From contig OZ024741.1 in NCBI GenBank assembly GCA_964016885.1, forward strand, positions 343,790,001-343,854,000: a stretch of 64,000 bases of DNA, read 5' to 3'. Shown one piece after another: positions 26,120 through 39,073 of the stretch. Each line of letters starts with the position of its first letter. The stretch's first letter is position 1. This DNA comes from Eledone cirrhosa (lineage: Eukaryota). The translations under genes were made by a program, and so were the position numbers. A model generated the notes under the pieces. The model was not told the origin of the DNA. It saw only the letters and a list, made by a program, of their open reading frames with translations, and searched no databases.

Positions 26120-29100
26120 TTCCGTCATCACCACCACCACCAGCAACATCCCCCCCCCCCACACACACACACAATCCCACCGCCACCTCCACCACTACCA
26201 CCACCATTAACATCAACACCAACAAACTCACCACCACCACCATTATGAACAACAACAACACAACCGCCACCAGAACCACCTGCGCTTCCGCCACAAATAC
26301 AACACCCATTACAACAACAATCACCACCAACACAACCACGACTACTACCAACAACAACAACAACACAAACACCACCACAACCAACTGCACCTCCGCCACC
26401 AACACGTTACCAATTACAACAACCATCACCACCAACACAACCACCACTATTACCAACAGCAACAACAACAACACAAACACCACCACAACCAACTGCACCT
26501 CCGCCACCAACACGTTACCAATTACAACAACCATCACCACCAACACAACCACCACCACAATCACTACCACAACCACTACCACCTCCGCCACCAACACGTT
26601 ACCAATTACAATAACCATCACCACCAACACAACCACCACCACAATCACTACCACAACCGCTACCACCTCCGCCACCAACACGTTACCAATTACAATAACC
26701 ATCACCACCAACACAACCACCACCACAATCACTACCACAACCACTACCACCTCCGCCACCAACACGTTACTAATTACAACTACCATCACCACCAACACAA
26801 CCACCACCACAATCACTACCACAACCACTACCACCTCCGCCACCAACACGTTACTAATTACAACAACCATCACCACCAACACAACCACCACCACAATCAC
26901 TACCACAACCACTACCACCTCCGCCACCAACACGTTACTAATTACAACAACCATCACCACCAACACAACCACCACCACAATCACTACCACAACCACTACC
27001 ACCTCCGCCACCAACAATAAAAACATTAACACCGCCATAGCCAGCACCACAACTAGCACCGCTTTCGTTACAAATAAACTACCAAAAATACTGCCACCAA
27101 CGCCACCACCAAGACCAACACCGCCAACATCACCACCACCTCCACCACCACCAACATCAACTTCACCACCACCACCAGCAACGTCACCACCACCACCACC
27201 AACACCACCACCAGAAACATCACCCCCGCCACCAGCAACATCACCCATGCCACCACCAACATCACTACCACCACCACCAATACCAGCAACGCCAACACCA
27301 CCACCACCACCACCACTACTATCACCACCACCAGCAACATCACCCCCGCCACCATCAACACCACCATTACTATCACCACCACCAGCAACATCACCCCTGC
27401 CACCACCAACATCACCACCACCACCAATACCAGCAACATCACCACCACCAGCTCCACCACCAATACCAACAGCATCACCTGGAACATCACTACTACCAGC
27501 AACACCACCACCAACACCACCAACACCACCACTACTTTCACCACCACCAGCAATATCACCCCCATCATCCGCAACATAACTACTACCAGCAACATCATCA
27601 CCACCACCACCACCACCACCAACACCATCATTACTACCACCAGCAACACCACCACCACCACACACCATCAACACCATCACTACCACCACCACAACCAACA
27701 CCACCACCATCACCACCACCAACACCATCACTACTACCACCACCACAACCAACAACACCACCACTACCACCAACACCATCATTACTACCACCACCACAAC
27801 CAACAACACCACCACCACCACCACCACCAACACCATCACTACTACCACCACCACCAGCAACACCACCACCACCAACAACACCATCACTATTACCACCACC
27901 ACCACCACCACCACCAACACCATCACTACTACCACAACCAAAACCAACAACACCACTATCACCACCACCAACACCATCACTACTACCACCGCCACAACCA
28001 ACACCACCACCACCAACAACACCATCACTATTACCACCACCACCACCACCACCAACACCATCATTACTACCACCACCACCACCACCAACACCATCACTAC
28101 TACCACCACCACCAGCAACACCACCACCACCACCAACAACACCACACTACTACTACCACCACAACCAACACCACCACCACCACCAACACCATCACTACGA
28201 CCACCACCAGAAACACCAACAACACCATCACTACTACCACCACCACCTATACAACACCACCGCCACCAATCCACCAACACCATCACTACTTTGTCCACCA
28301 CCACCAGCAACACCACCAGCAACACCAACAACACCATCACTACTACCACCCCCACCAGCTCCACTATCACCACCACCAGCTCCACCAACACCATCACTAC
28401 TTTCACCTCCACAACCAACACCACCACCACCACCACAACACCATCACTACTACCACCCCAACCAGCTCCACCACCACCACCACCACCAACAGCATCACTA
28501 CTTTCACCACCACAACCAACACCACCACCACCACCACCACCACCAACACCATCACTACTACCACCACAACCAACAACACCACCACCACCACCAACACCAT
28601 CACTACTTTCACCACCACAACCAACAGCACCACCACCACCACCACCACCACCACCCACACCATCACTACTACCACCACAACCAACAACACCACCACCACC
28701 ACCACCACCAACACCATCACTACTACCACCACAACCAACAACACCACCACCACCACCACCAACACCATCACTACTTTCACCACCACCACCACCACCACCA
28801 CCAACACCATCACTACTACCACCACAACCAACAACACCACCACCACCACCAACACCATCACTACTTTCACCACCACAACCAACAGCACCACCACCACCAC
28901 CACCACCACCAACACCATCACTACTACCACCACAACCAACAACACCACCACCACCACCACCAACACCATCACTACTTTCACCACCACCACCACCACCACC
29001 ACCACCACCACCAACACCATCACTACTACCACCACAACCACCAACACCATCAATACTACCACCCCAACCAGCTCCACCACCACCACCACCACCAACACCA

Positions 29101-30170
29101 TCACTACTTTCACCACCACCACCACCACCACCACCACCACAACCAACAACACCACCACCACCACCACCACCATCACTACTTTCACCACCACCACCAACAC
29201 CACCACCACCAACACAATCACTACTACCACCACAACCAACAACACCACCACCACCACCACCACCATCACTACTTTCACCACCACCACCAACACCACCACC
29301 ACCAACACAATCACTACTACCACCACAACCAACAACACCACCACCACCACCACCACCACCACCATCACTACTTTCACCACCACCACCAACACCACCACCA
29401 CCAACACAATCACTACTACCACCACAACCAACAACACCACCACCACCACCACCACCACCAACACCATCACTACTTTCACCACCACAACCAACACCACCAC
29501 CACCACCACCACCAACACCATCACTACTTTCACCACCACAACCAACAACACCACCACCACCACCACCACCAACACCATCACTACTTTCACCACCACAACC
29601 AACAACACCACCACCACCACCACCACCAACACCATCACTACTTTCACCACCACCACCACACCACCATCACTACCACCACCACCACCAGCAACACGATCAC
29701 CACCACCTCTACCAGCTCCACCACCACTACTACCACCACCAATATCAACACCATCACCTCCACCACCACCACCAGCTCCACCACCTATACAACACCACCA
29801 CATGCAACATCACTACTACCAGCAGCACCAATACACCACCCCGCCGCCAATACAACAGCAACAACAGCAGCAACAACAACAGCAACAACAACAAAAACAA
29901 CAGCAACAACAACAGCAACAACAACAACTACTACAGCAACAACAACTACTACAGCAACAACATCAGCAACAACATTAGCAGCAACAACAGCAACAACAGC
30001 AACAGCAGCAACAACAACAACAACAGCAGCAGCAACAGAGACAGCAAGAACAAGAACAAGAACAAGAACACCATCAACAACAACAACGCCAGCAACAAAA
30101 ACAGCAACAACATCAGCAACAACATCAACATCATCGCCAACAACAACAGCAACATCAACAACAACAATGG
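26120..30170. repeat. ~4 kb cryptic (CCA/ACA)n trinucleotide array with an internal 84 bp higher-order unit
   Basis: Plus strand is almost G-free; the long Thr/Pro/Asn and Val/Gly ORFs follow from composition. Confidence 0.9.
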
Positions 30171-30381
30171 CTACAAAAGAGTAAAAAATCGATCAGAATC
30201 GATAAGTGGCAGATGATTGCAGTGAAACCCTAGGGAAGCTGCAACATGGAAAATGATTCGATTAAAACCGGTACATTTCGGTATATTTCGATATATTTCG
30301 GTTGATTCCGATTGAGTTTTACTATATACAGCATTGCAACGTGACGCTGTTAGTTTGTAAAGTATATTATTATTATTTTTA

Positions 30382-30570
30382 GTGGATTGGCAGTATTGGT
30401 AGAGGGTCGGACGCCATGCTTTGACGAAAAGAGTTACGGCCCCTTCCATTCTGAGTTCAAATCGCGCCGAGGTTAACTTTGCCTTTCATCCTTACGGGGT
30501 CGATAAAATAAAGTACCAGTAATATACTAGGTAATTTACTGGCCTTGTGCCATAAGTAGAAACAATTATT
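30382..30570 (+). mobile_element. tRNA-derived SINE
   Basis: Full match to the family including B box GAGTTCAAATC. Confidence 0.85.
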
Positions 30571-30637
30571 TTTACGTCTTTTTATTGGAACTGCTGGTGT
30601 AGGTTGATATCGCAACAGACAGAGTATATCCTTGGAG

Positions 30638-30670
<33 letters not shown>

Positions 30671-30712
30671 ATGTGTGTGTGTGTATGTGTGTGTGTGTGT
30701 ATGTGTGTGTGT

Positions 30713-30769
<57 letters not shown>

Positions 30770-31093
30770 CCAACCTACACCAGCGCCTATATAGTAATAG
30801 TAATAGTAATAAATGTGAAGACTAAAATGCGAAGAGGGCTCGATGAGGATAATATATATATATAAAATATATAAAACCGTAGATGATCCCGTTAAGGGTG
30901 AAAGCAGCAATTCTTTGCTTAAACTTTAATCTGTTATTTTAATAAATATATATATTTGTGTGTGTGTGTATGTGTGTGCGCGCGCGTGTGTATGTAAGTA
31001 TGCGTACGTACAAACACACATGCATATATATATATATATAATATATATACAATATTAAATAAATGGAAAACTATATTTATAAAACCATATTTA

Positions 31094-31155
31094 TTTCATT
31101 ATATATATTTCGGGGATATCATATTAACAATATGCTATGCCTTCATCAGACAAAA
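31094..31155 (-). ncRNA. Type I hammerhead ribozyme motif
   Basis: UUUUGU-CUGAUGA-AGGC..CAUAUU GUU AAUAUG..CCCC-GAAA-UAUAUA-UA-AUGAAA (stem I with GU pairs). Confidence 0.55.
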
Positions 31156-31338
31156 TATATTTAATATTGTAAATATACTCCAAATATTTACTAGTTGTAA
31201 CCCAACAATTTTAAATATAACTTTACATGTATAATATATATATATATATATATATAAGGGAAAGTAATCGAAAATGCAGCTGGAGTCTTTTTGATAATAT
31301 TTATTTGTTTCCTTGATATTTGTTTCCTTTATATATAT

Positions 31339-31560
31339 AATAGCAGAATGGCCCAGCGTTACTCGGGATTCTAAACATAGATTGGCAGCACACAGAAGTA
31401 CGGAATACCTCGGCCTCGGGATGGTGTATACATTTTGTGCTTATAAAAAAAATTCGTCGTAGATTAGCAGGGTTTTTTTCGTGCGAAGAAAATCAATACT
31501 TTATCGCGAAATAAATACTTTTGTTTATATTTTGTTATTGTGTATGCAAAAATATCTGTA
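31339..31560 (-). mobile_element. Helitron 3' fragment
   Basis: Minus strand CCCGAGTAACGCTGGGCCATTCTGCTA resembles the ends at 11516 and 49055. Confidence 0.5.
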
Positions 31561-31701
31561 TAGGAATATATAATTATATATATATATATATAAATTAATA
31601 AAATAATGAATAAACAAAGAAACAGTTCCTTATATTAAAAAAAATTCATCATTTTACGATCGTTTCTAGGATATATATGTAAACTCTTTGGTAGATTTAT
31701 C

Positions 31702-31760
<59 letters not shown>

Positions 31761-31762
<2 letters not shown>

Positions 31763-31950
31763 CGAAGGAAATGTGGTAAGGAACCAGGTGGACCATAACG
31801 CACCAAAGTACTCAATACTTGAGGTAGTAGAGTGGGTAATAAGAACCAGTAAGACCCCGACAGCTGAGCTCAAGCCGTTTCGACGGCTAATTAGTCCAGA
31901 ATTAGCCGTCGAAACGGCTTGAGCTCAGCTGTCGGGGTCTTACTGGTTCT

Positions 31951-31953
<3 letters not shown>
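31761..31953 (-). mobile_element. Short element with a 115 bp fold-back (31839-31953) and an HHR-like 3' half
   Basis: Perfect arms around loop AGTCCAG; the 3' part is homologous to 57297-57378. Confidence 0.7.
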
Positions 31954-31981
<28 letters not shown>

Positions 31982-32022
31982 ATAAAACAAAGAAGCCTTC
32001 AATATATCAAAAGTCTTTATTA

Positions 32023-32060
32023 GCCAACAATGTTTCGTCCTATTAAGGACTCATCAGGGC
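32023..32060 (-). ncRNA. Canonical minimal type I hammerhead ribozyme
   Basis: GCC-CUGAUGA-GUCC UUAAUA GGAC-GAAA-CAUUG-UU-GGC, then AAUAAA. Confidence 0.85.
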
Positions 32061-33887
32061 AATTAAAACTACAAGAAGCACTATCGGCCAATACAAGCCG
32101 AAAACTCCGAAGAATATGGAGTGTACATATACTAAAGTATTGGAAGATTATGGGTAAAAATATATAATAAAAATCACTAAGGAGGTGGATAACATTTTGA
32201 ACCATATTACAAATATAGTCCAAAGCAAAAAACTAGAGCTAAACAAAGGTGGTTATATAGAGCAGGAATTATAGTACTATATGTAATACAATATAATATA
32301 ATATAATATACTTGTAACAATATTAAAATTAAAATTAAAATTAAAAGACACAATATACATATGTATATATATACACACACGTACGCACATATACATAGAC
32401 ATCAATACACATTTCCATCATTAACAGCACAAATTAAACCTTATTAAGAGTTTAAATATAAATAAGCATAATAGGAATAAAAATAAAAATACAAAATAAT
32501 ACGTTTATATAATATACAGTATAACATGAAGTAATGAAATGATTAAAAGTAAAACATATAATATATAATAAACTATATAATTATATAATATATAATATAA
32601 TATAATAGATAATCTCCGGTTAATTTATACAAACAATATAGATGTTACAATAACACGATAATAATAATATAATAATATATAATGGCATGTAAGTTAACAA
32701 ATCAATTCATATAGAGTTACTGAGCAGGTGAGAAAAAAATATATATTGTACAAATCAAAATTATGATGGTACAAAAATATAAACATCTTACGGAATATAT
32801 AAAATATAACATATCATAATGGTATATAAAATCATCAGTAAGTTACAAAGATCAATATTACATTTACAAAGAGTTGAATAACAACTTCAATATAAAATAA
32901 TGAACATAATATAATATATAATTACTTATAATTACAAGGTTGGTAAACAGACACATATGTGAATGAGTGAATAAGGGCCAGACAGAAGATATTATGCACA
33001 GTAGTATTAATAAATAAATAAATAAAATCGACCGGAAATCAAAAAACAAAAACAAAAGTTTTTACTTAGGTCTCACATGCAGTTAAGTAAAAACTGAGGA
33101 AACAACCCGGATAAATGACTAGAAAACCCTATTTGATAAATTAATATTGAAAATATTGAAAATACTTAATAAGGCAATACAATATTAGCTATGGTTTAAG
33201 TAATCAAAATTCCTAAACATTAAGATATCAACTATAAAAATATATATAAAGGAATGAAATATTCTACATAACGTTATCTAATAAACTGACTTAAGCAGAA
33301 TTATGGTAGGCTAATGTGGACAGAAAAAAAGAAATGTATGAGGATACAAAGGAGCATAAAATCATAATCAATATACTTATTATATAATAGAAAGGAGCAT
33401 ACAAAAGGGGATTAAATATAATCATAATATATTTGAAGGGGTTAACAATAAGTTTATGTGTGCGTGGGAGGGGGGGGGGGTAGTTATCCAAAGAAGAATC
33501 CAAATAAAATAAAATAAAATAAAATAAAATAAAATGAAATAAAATAATATAAAATATATAATCAGATATATACTCATAAGGTGTTAATAGTGAAAATTTA
33601 ATGTGTAAGAAGATAGATATGGTATATTAGCCAAAAGATTATGAGAGCTAGAATAAAAAGTTGTCAAAAACCAATGATAATAATGATGATAATAATGGTG
33701 GTAAACAAAATGAAGCTAAACAAAATATATCAGCTAATGGATACAATTTACACTACGAGAACCTTTAGGTTTATAATAAAAGTAAGAATTAGAAATAGCG
33801 TGGGGACAAGAAGAGAATATCTCAGACTTTCTATTAAGTAAGTATTCACTAGAGAAAATTATAGAGTGTGTCTCAAGGATACAGAGA

Positions 33888-34180
33888 TTACAAAAAAAGG
33901 TTATTAGAGCGTGCTACTAAACGCCAATTAAGGCTATATGGTATATTAGCCCCCTTAAGATCCCAGATATAGTGTGCTAAAGAAGTAGAATTCTTAAACT
34001 TAACATGTTTGAAATTAGAGATATGAGAATTAAACCTAGTCTTAAAAGTGTTAGATGTAGAGCCTATATATGTTCTATTAGAGGAATTAGTTATAACTAC
34101 GCAAGCATAAACTATGTTCTTAGAGAGGCAGTTACCGTTTAAAGGGCAGTTAGCACTCACTCTACAGTTACACGTCCGGG
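33888..34180 (-). pseudogene. PLE GIY-YIG endonuclease remnant
   Basis: NIVY..YIGST..FKTRF..H..STSLAHYIW. Confidence 0.85.
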
Positions 34181-35172
34181 TGCTATTGATTTGCTGAAGT
34201 AGTGATGCATTACGCGTAGGATTAGTATTAGATAAGGTCTGCTCTGGTGGTAAGGCATTTGCAGATCTGTTCTGACTAGTAGTATGTAGAGAGGAGTATC
34301 CATCCCTAATTTTCCTATTGTTAGTGCTAGCTAAATGAGAACTAATATTAGGGGTGGTAGAGAATGAAAGTTTAATTACATTTTTATTAAAAATACTATG
34401 GTATTTATGAGAAGGGGGGAAATTTTTCTCTAAGATAGAAAAGAAAGACCTAGGGATATTAGTTAATACTTCCTGATTATATGGCGGGTTAAAATAAGTA
34501 TTTAGTCTCCTTCAATTTTTATCCTTTCCGACTCTACCATTATCCAATATCCCATTATTAAGACCAGGGTTACTACAAGGATTAGTTAAAACCACATTAT
34601 TAGAATCAGCCGAAATTCCATTAAGTCTCTTTCTGTTTCTACCCTTAGTATATATGCTGCTGTCTGGAATCCTATCAAAAGGATTAGGGCCAATAATAGG
34701 ATCAGTAGAAACAACATTATTAGAATTAGATCTAGCAAAAGCATCACCAATGAGTGAGCGCTCAGAGGGTTCGACATGATTCCTAGAGGTATTAGATTCC
34801 CTATTACGAGTCCGGTGGGTTAACTTATTGATGGGTTCAGATACACCTATGTAATTTCTACGATTATTATGCTTCCTACTCCCATATTATGGGATATTAT
34901 GTTATTATTATTATAAGTAAGCGGAGACTTTCTAAGGTTACTATTATTATAATGTATTTTACCAGAGTAACCGGAATTAGCTAGGGCATTATTATAGTAC
35001 TCCGCATGGTCATTAAATGTTCCTACGTCCTTAGGGAGTGTGGAAATCCTATTAGATACACCCTTAATTATAGAGCTTATCATAGATTTGGGGTGGTTAG
35101 AATTGGGACTAACATAAGAAAGTATTTCATTAGGCTTATGGAAGGGTTTAAAACTATTAGTGACCATATATA

Positions 35173-35209
<37 letters not shown>

Positions 35210-35257
35210 TAAAGATTAAGCAAAGAATCTCTGCTTTCACCTTTAACGGGATCTTAT

Positions 35258-35648
35258 GAAACTAAAAAAATCAATCTGTGAACGCAGAAGTAAATATTTC
35301 GAAAAACATTACACACACTATATATATACACACACTATATATACATATATACACACACACACACCGCGTCATAATGTCGTAATGCAGACAGGCAGACATA
35401 CGGACAGATATTATAAGGGCGCAACGTTATATCTAAGTATCTATCTAAAAACAAAGACTAATAATTATATAGAGAGATCGTTAAATCGCCTAATGCGGTC
35501 CCTACGGCATCGAAAATTTGAAATATTTTTTTTCTCAAAACACTCACAGGACCATAAGTATTACATGTGTAAAGTTTGAAAACAATCGGTTGGAGTTTTA
35601 GGAGCTGACAGACAGACATACATTCTCTGGTTATATATATATATAAGT
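35258..35648 (-). mobile_element. Helitron-like 5' fragment
   Basis: Minus strand TATATAACCAGAGAATGTATGTCTGTCTGTC..AACCGATTGTTTTCAAACTTT resembles the 5' ends at 10495 and 48245. Confidence 0.5.
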
Positions 35649-35654
35649 GATTGC

Positions 35655-35822
35655 AGATAGCTAAATGCTTAAGAAACTCACTTCGCAATCATTAAATCAT
35701 TATGGCCCGTGTTTGATCCCATCACGTGGCCTCTTGGGCATGTATCATTTACTGAAACCTCGGGTCAACACATGCTTTATGAATGAAACTAGGTAGACGG
35801 GAAACGGTTCGGAAGCCCGCTC
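35655..35822 (+). mobile_element. Degenerate CORE-type SINE (second family)
   Basis: GTTTGATCCCA..CGTGGCCTCTTGGGCATGT..GGTAGACGGGAAAC..GAAGCCCG. Confidence 0.45.
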
Positions 35823-37843
35823 GCATTAAGATTCTGTGTATAACAATAGCGCTGTAATAAGACTACATTGAGAATCTATGTATAACAATATTCGAAAGCT
35901 ACAATAAGTTTGTAATAAGGGGCAATTATGTGCAGGTTATATTGGAAATCTACATATAGCAATGCTAGAATGCTGCAATAAGGCTGCAATAAGGCTTCAA
36001 TAAGGCTATATAGCAGATGTGAAGACTGCATTAAGGCTGCATTGAGTATCTATCTATATATATATATATTTGTAGGCTGCAATGAGGCTGCATTGAGATT
36101 CTATGTATGCAAATAAGACCTTTTATTGCCTTAAACCGTAAACGAAACTCACAGAAAATACTGTAAACCAACCGCTGACCTGCACATAACTTCCCCTAAA
36201 CCAACCCCCGACCTGCCTTCTCATATTCCGAAAACCTTCACCGGAATGGAGAAGACAGACATTATCCAGCATACTTGAAGCCTGTAATAAGGTCAATGTG
36301 TGACAATGACCACCAAATTATCTCAAAGTTCAAACAAATCTAGGATTGTGTATTTAGAAGACTGCCTGTGAAATTTGATTTCATTCAGAGGGCATATATA
36401 CCTTGTTACTAGGCTATTTTCTGTAGTGAAAATACGCCGTGTTCTAAAAACACACACTTTCGTTTCTAATTGCTTTTGATTTATAGTTTCTAAATATAAA
36501 CGAAAGAGATGAGTCGGCACATTAATCTAAATGTTTGCACACTTACCCCGCATTTTTTTCGTTCAGTGGAGGCTTATAGGACATGTTATTAAATTGTTTT
36601 CTGTGGTCAGAAAATAGGGCTTGGTCTTCTAATTAAATTTTCAACTTCAAGATTATTAGACTCAAGACATTTTGAATATATATGTGATTAGAGGTTTTTG
36701 TTTTAAATTAGAATTTAACTCTAAATAACAGAAGTGTATACACACTCTCCACTGTTTCTCTGTACACTAGTTATACGCGTATTTTAAACATCGTTTCTTA
36801 TTTCAGGAAAGATGTAACATAACTTATTATTTAATTCTCAAGCACAGCAAACTAGCATCTAATTTCGACCAATAGAAATGTCTCAGTTTTATTTTCATTA
36901 TTAAAGGAAAATTAGGAGGAAAACATCAGGGATGTCATGATAAGACATGTTGAGTATGACATTATCCAAGAGTTGTATCTATAGAAATTTACCCTTCTAA
37001 AATACTGGGCATGGATGCAGAGTACACATTGTTCTATAGTTTTCGCAATTTACAAGTGACGTAGGTTTTTAGAGGCGAGTTAACTTATTTTATTGATTTA
37101 CACACCTATCTCAAACATTTTAACGATGCGAAATAAACTTTAGTGAATATAACGTTTTAGCGAAGATAAATAAACTTATGAAGGCAGCTTTCAATGATAC
37201 TTTTATCATTTTAAGCAGTAGAAAGATTGACTACAAAATATATTTTTGGTAGTTTTGAAAATCTTAGAAAATGCGACGTTTTTTTTTTGCCCGTCCTTAG
37301 GGTATTTTGCCCATGTTTTTTTAACCCCACTCAATTGCTATTATCTATAACAATTGACTGGGGCTACAGTTAATTTCTGCATTTGGGGTTCCTAAATTTT
37401 CTAAGTATATTTCTGGGAAGCTTATGCACGAAGACACGCTAGACGTTGCAAGGATTGGATATAGAGTAATGCATAATTTCCATGACATTTAAACAGGTAA
37501 GATTCTAATCATTAACATAAATTAATCGATATTATAGCTTGGATGTGTTTCCTTGCACGATACATTTGTACCATTACCAATTAAACCACATAGCAATCCT
37601 TAACCTTCTCGTTCGACCCGCTAAAAGTCGTCGTCACATCTCCAACAAATCATGCACTGTCATTTTATGAAAGGAGGTATATATATATCGGGCGATATGG
37701 TGTTTGCGATAGTATGACTGAAAAAATGTACTATATCGATTCTGCCAAACACATTCTAATGATTTCTAACTTGAGCGCATGGAAACAGATTTTGTGGGAT
37801 TGTTTTTAATAAATTAATTTGCTGCTATTATTTAGCTGGTATG

Positions 37844-38296
37844 AGGGCGGTGGATTGGCAGTATCGGTAGAGTCGGACGCCATGCTTTGCAGCATAGAGT
37901 TACGGCCCTTTACGATCTGAGTTCAAATCCCGTCAAGGTTAGCTTTGCCTTTCATCCTTACGGGGTCGATAAAATAAAATACCAGTCACGCACTGGTGTC
38001 GATTTAATCGACTTTCCTCTCCCCCAAATTGTTGGCCTTGGGCCTAAATAAGAAACTATTATTTAACTGGTATGAGGGCGGTGGATTGGTAGTATCGGTA
38101 GAGGGGGGGACGCCATGCTTTGCAGCATAGAGTTATGGCGCTTTATCTATGAGTTCAAATCCCGACAAGGTTAACTTTGCATTTCATCCTTACTGGGTCG
38201 ATAAAATAACATAAGGCACAAGTAAAGTACTGGGGTCGATTTAATCGACATTCCCCTCTCCCAAAATGTCTGGCGTTGTGCCTATATAAGAAACAA
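37844..38296 (+). mobile_element. Two tandem full-length SINEs separated and flanked by TTATTTAGCTGGTATG
   Basis: Copies at 37844-38058 and 38075-38296; flank motif at 37828, 38059 and 38297. Confidence 0.88.
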
Positions 38297-38629
38297 TTAT
38301 TTAGCTGGCATGTTTTCTATATATACAGTAAACGATGTATTTATAGAAAAGGGTGCAACACGTTTGAAGGTGCATCTGCTCAATTAGAACTAATTTGGCA
38401 GAAACAACAATAAAACCAACAATATAATTATTTATATATGTATATTTATTTAACTTATTACAAGTCTCTTGTTTTAATTATATGATTTTGTGTATTTGTA
38501 TTTGTTTCCTTCAGGGAATTTATTTGATATGTACACTTATTTGTTTTTGTTACGTATTTATATATTTACTTCGTTGTTATTGATATTATTAAGACGAGCA
38601 CTTACCTCTTCGGTGATGCCCTGATTAAG

Positions 38630-39016
38630 TTTTTCCAATTTCATTTGAAAAGGAAAATCAGGGTAGAGAGGGAAGTGCTCTCTTCCCAGCTTTTTGTTGA
38701 AAGATGGGTGAGAGAGGCAAGAATGGCCCGAGTGAGTGGACATACTCTGAGTATATGCCTGTTAATTGAAGGTGGAAAACTGGGAGAGGACAATTGCCCT
38801 GGTGGTCAGGGTCACCGTGGCTTTTTAATGGGCTTTCTCCACGATGGCCCTCGGAAATCTCCCCCCTATTGGGGAATTTTTTTCATTGTTCTATTATTAC
38901 ATCCTCTGTTTTTTTGTTTTTTTACACGCAGAAATGCCCTTTTGTACCGCCCTGTATTATCCCGTACTGTCCTTAGTGTCTACGTTGTGTAAACCCTCGT
39001 GGTTAATAAAGAAAGC
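38630..39016 (+). mobile_element. 5'-truncated Tx1 3' end
   Basis: KRKIRVEREVL..FVERWV homologous to the other Tx1 C-termini; AATAAAGAAA then (TTC)n(TTA)n. Confidence 0.8.
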
Positions 39017-39035
39017 ATTCTTCTTCTTCTTCTTC

Positions 39036-39072
<37 letters not shown>

Positions 39073-39073
<1 letters not shown>

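Larger units (their letters stand above)
31978..35166 (-). mobile_element. 5'-truncated, decayed Penelope-like element
   Basis: FKPFHKPNE..YVSPNSNHP (thumb region), CNCRVSANCPLNGNC, TYIGSTSNTFKTRFNSH (GIY-YIG); long 3' region ending with an HHR; (TA)n flanks. Confidence 0.85.

Noticed and set aside
24180-27010. CRISPR-like arrays
   Set aside because: Tandem minisatellites with no unique spacers and no cas genes
26067-30216. Long Val/Gly, Thr and Pro-rich ORFs (466-863 aa) as mucin, extensin or formin genes
   Set aside because: Open on both strands because (CCA)n lacks stop codons; no unique domain or signal peptide; one ORF starts at a SINE boundary
36150-37500. Possible host exons (AG..GT-bounded segments near 36200-36285 minus, 36807 and 37360-37496)
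   Set aside because: Stops in most frames and no recognisable protein; cannot be supported without RNA data
37844-37935. tRNA genes
   Set aside because: A/B-box-like heads belong to SINEs; no complete cloverleaf
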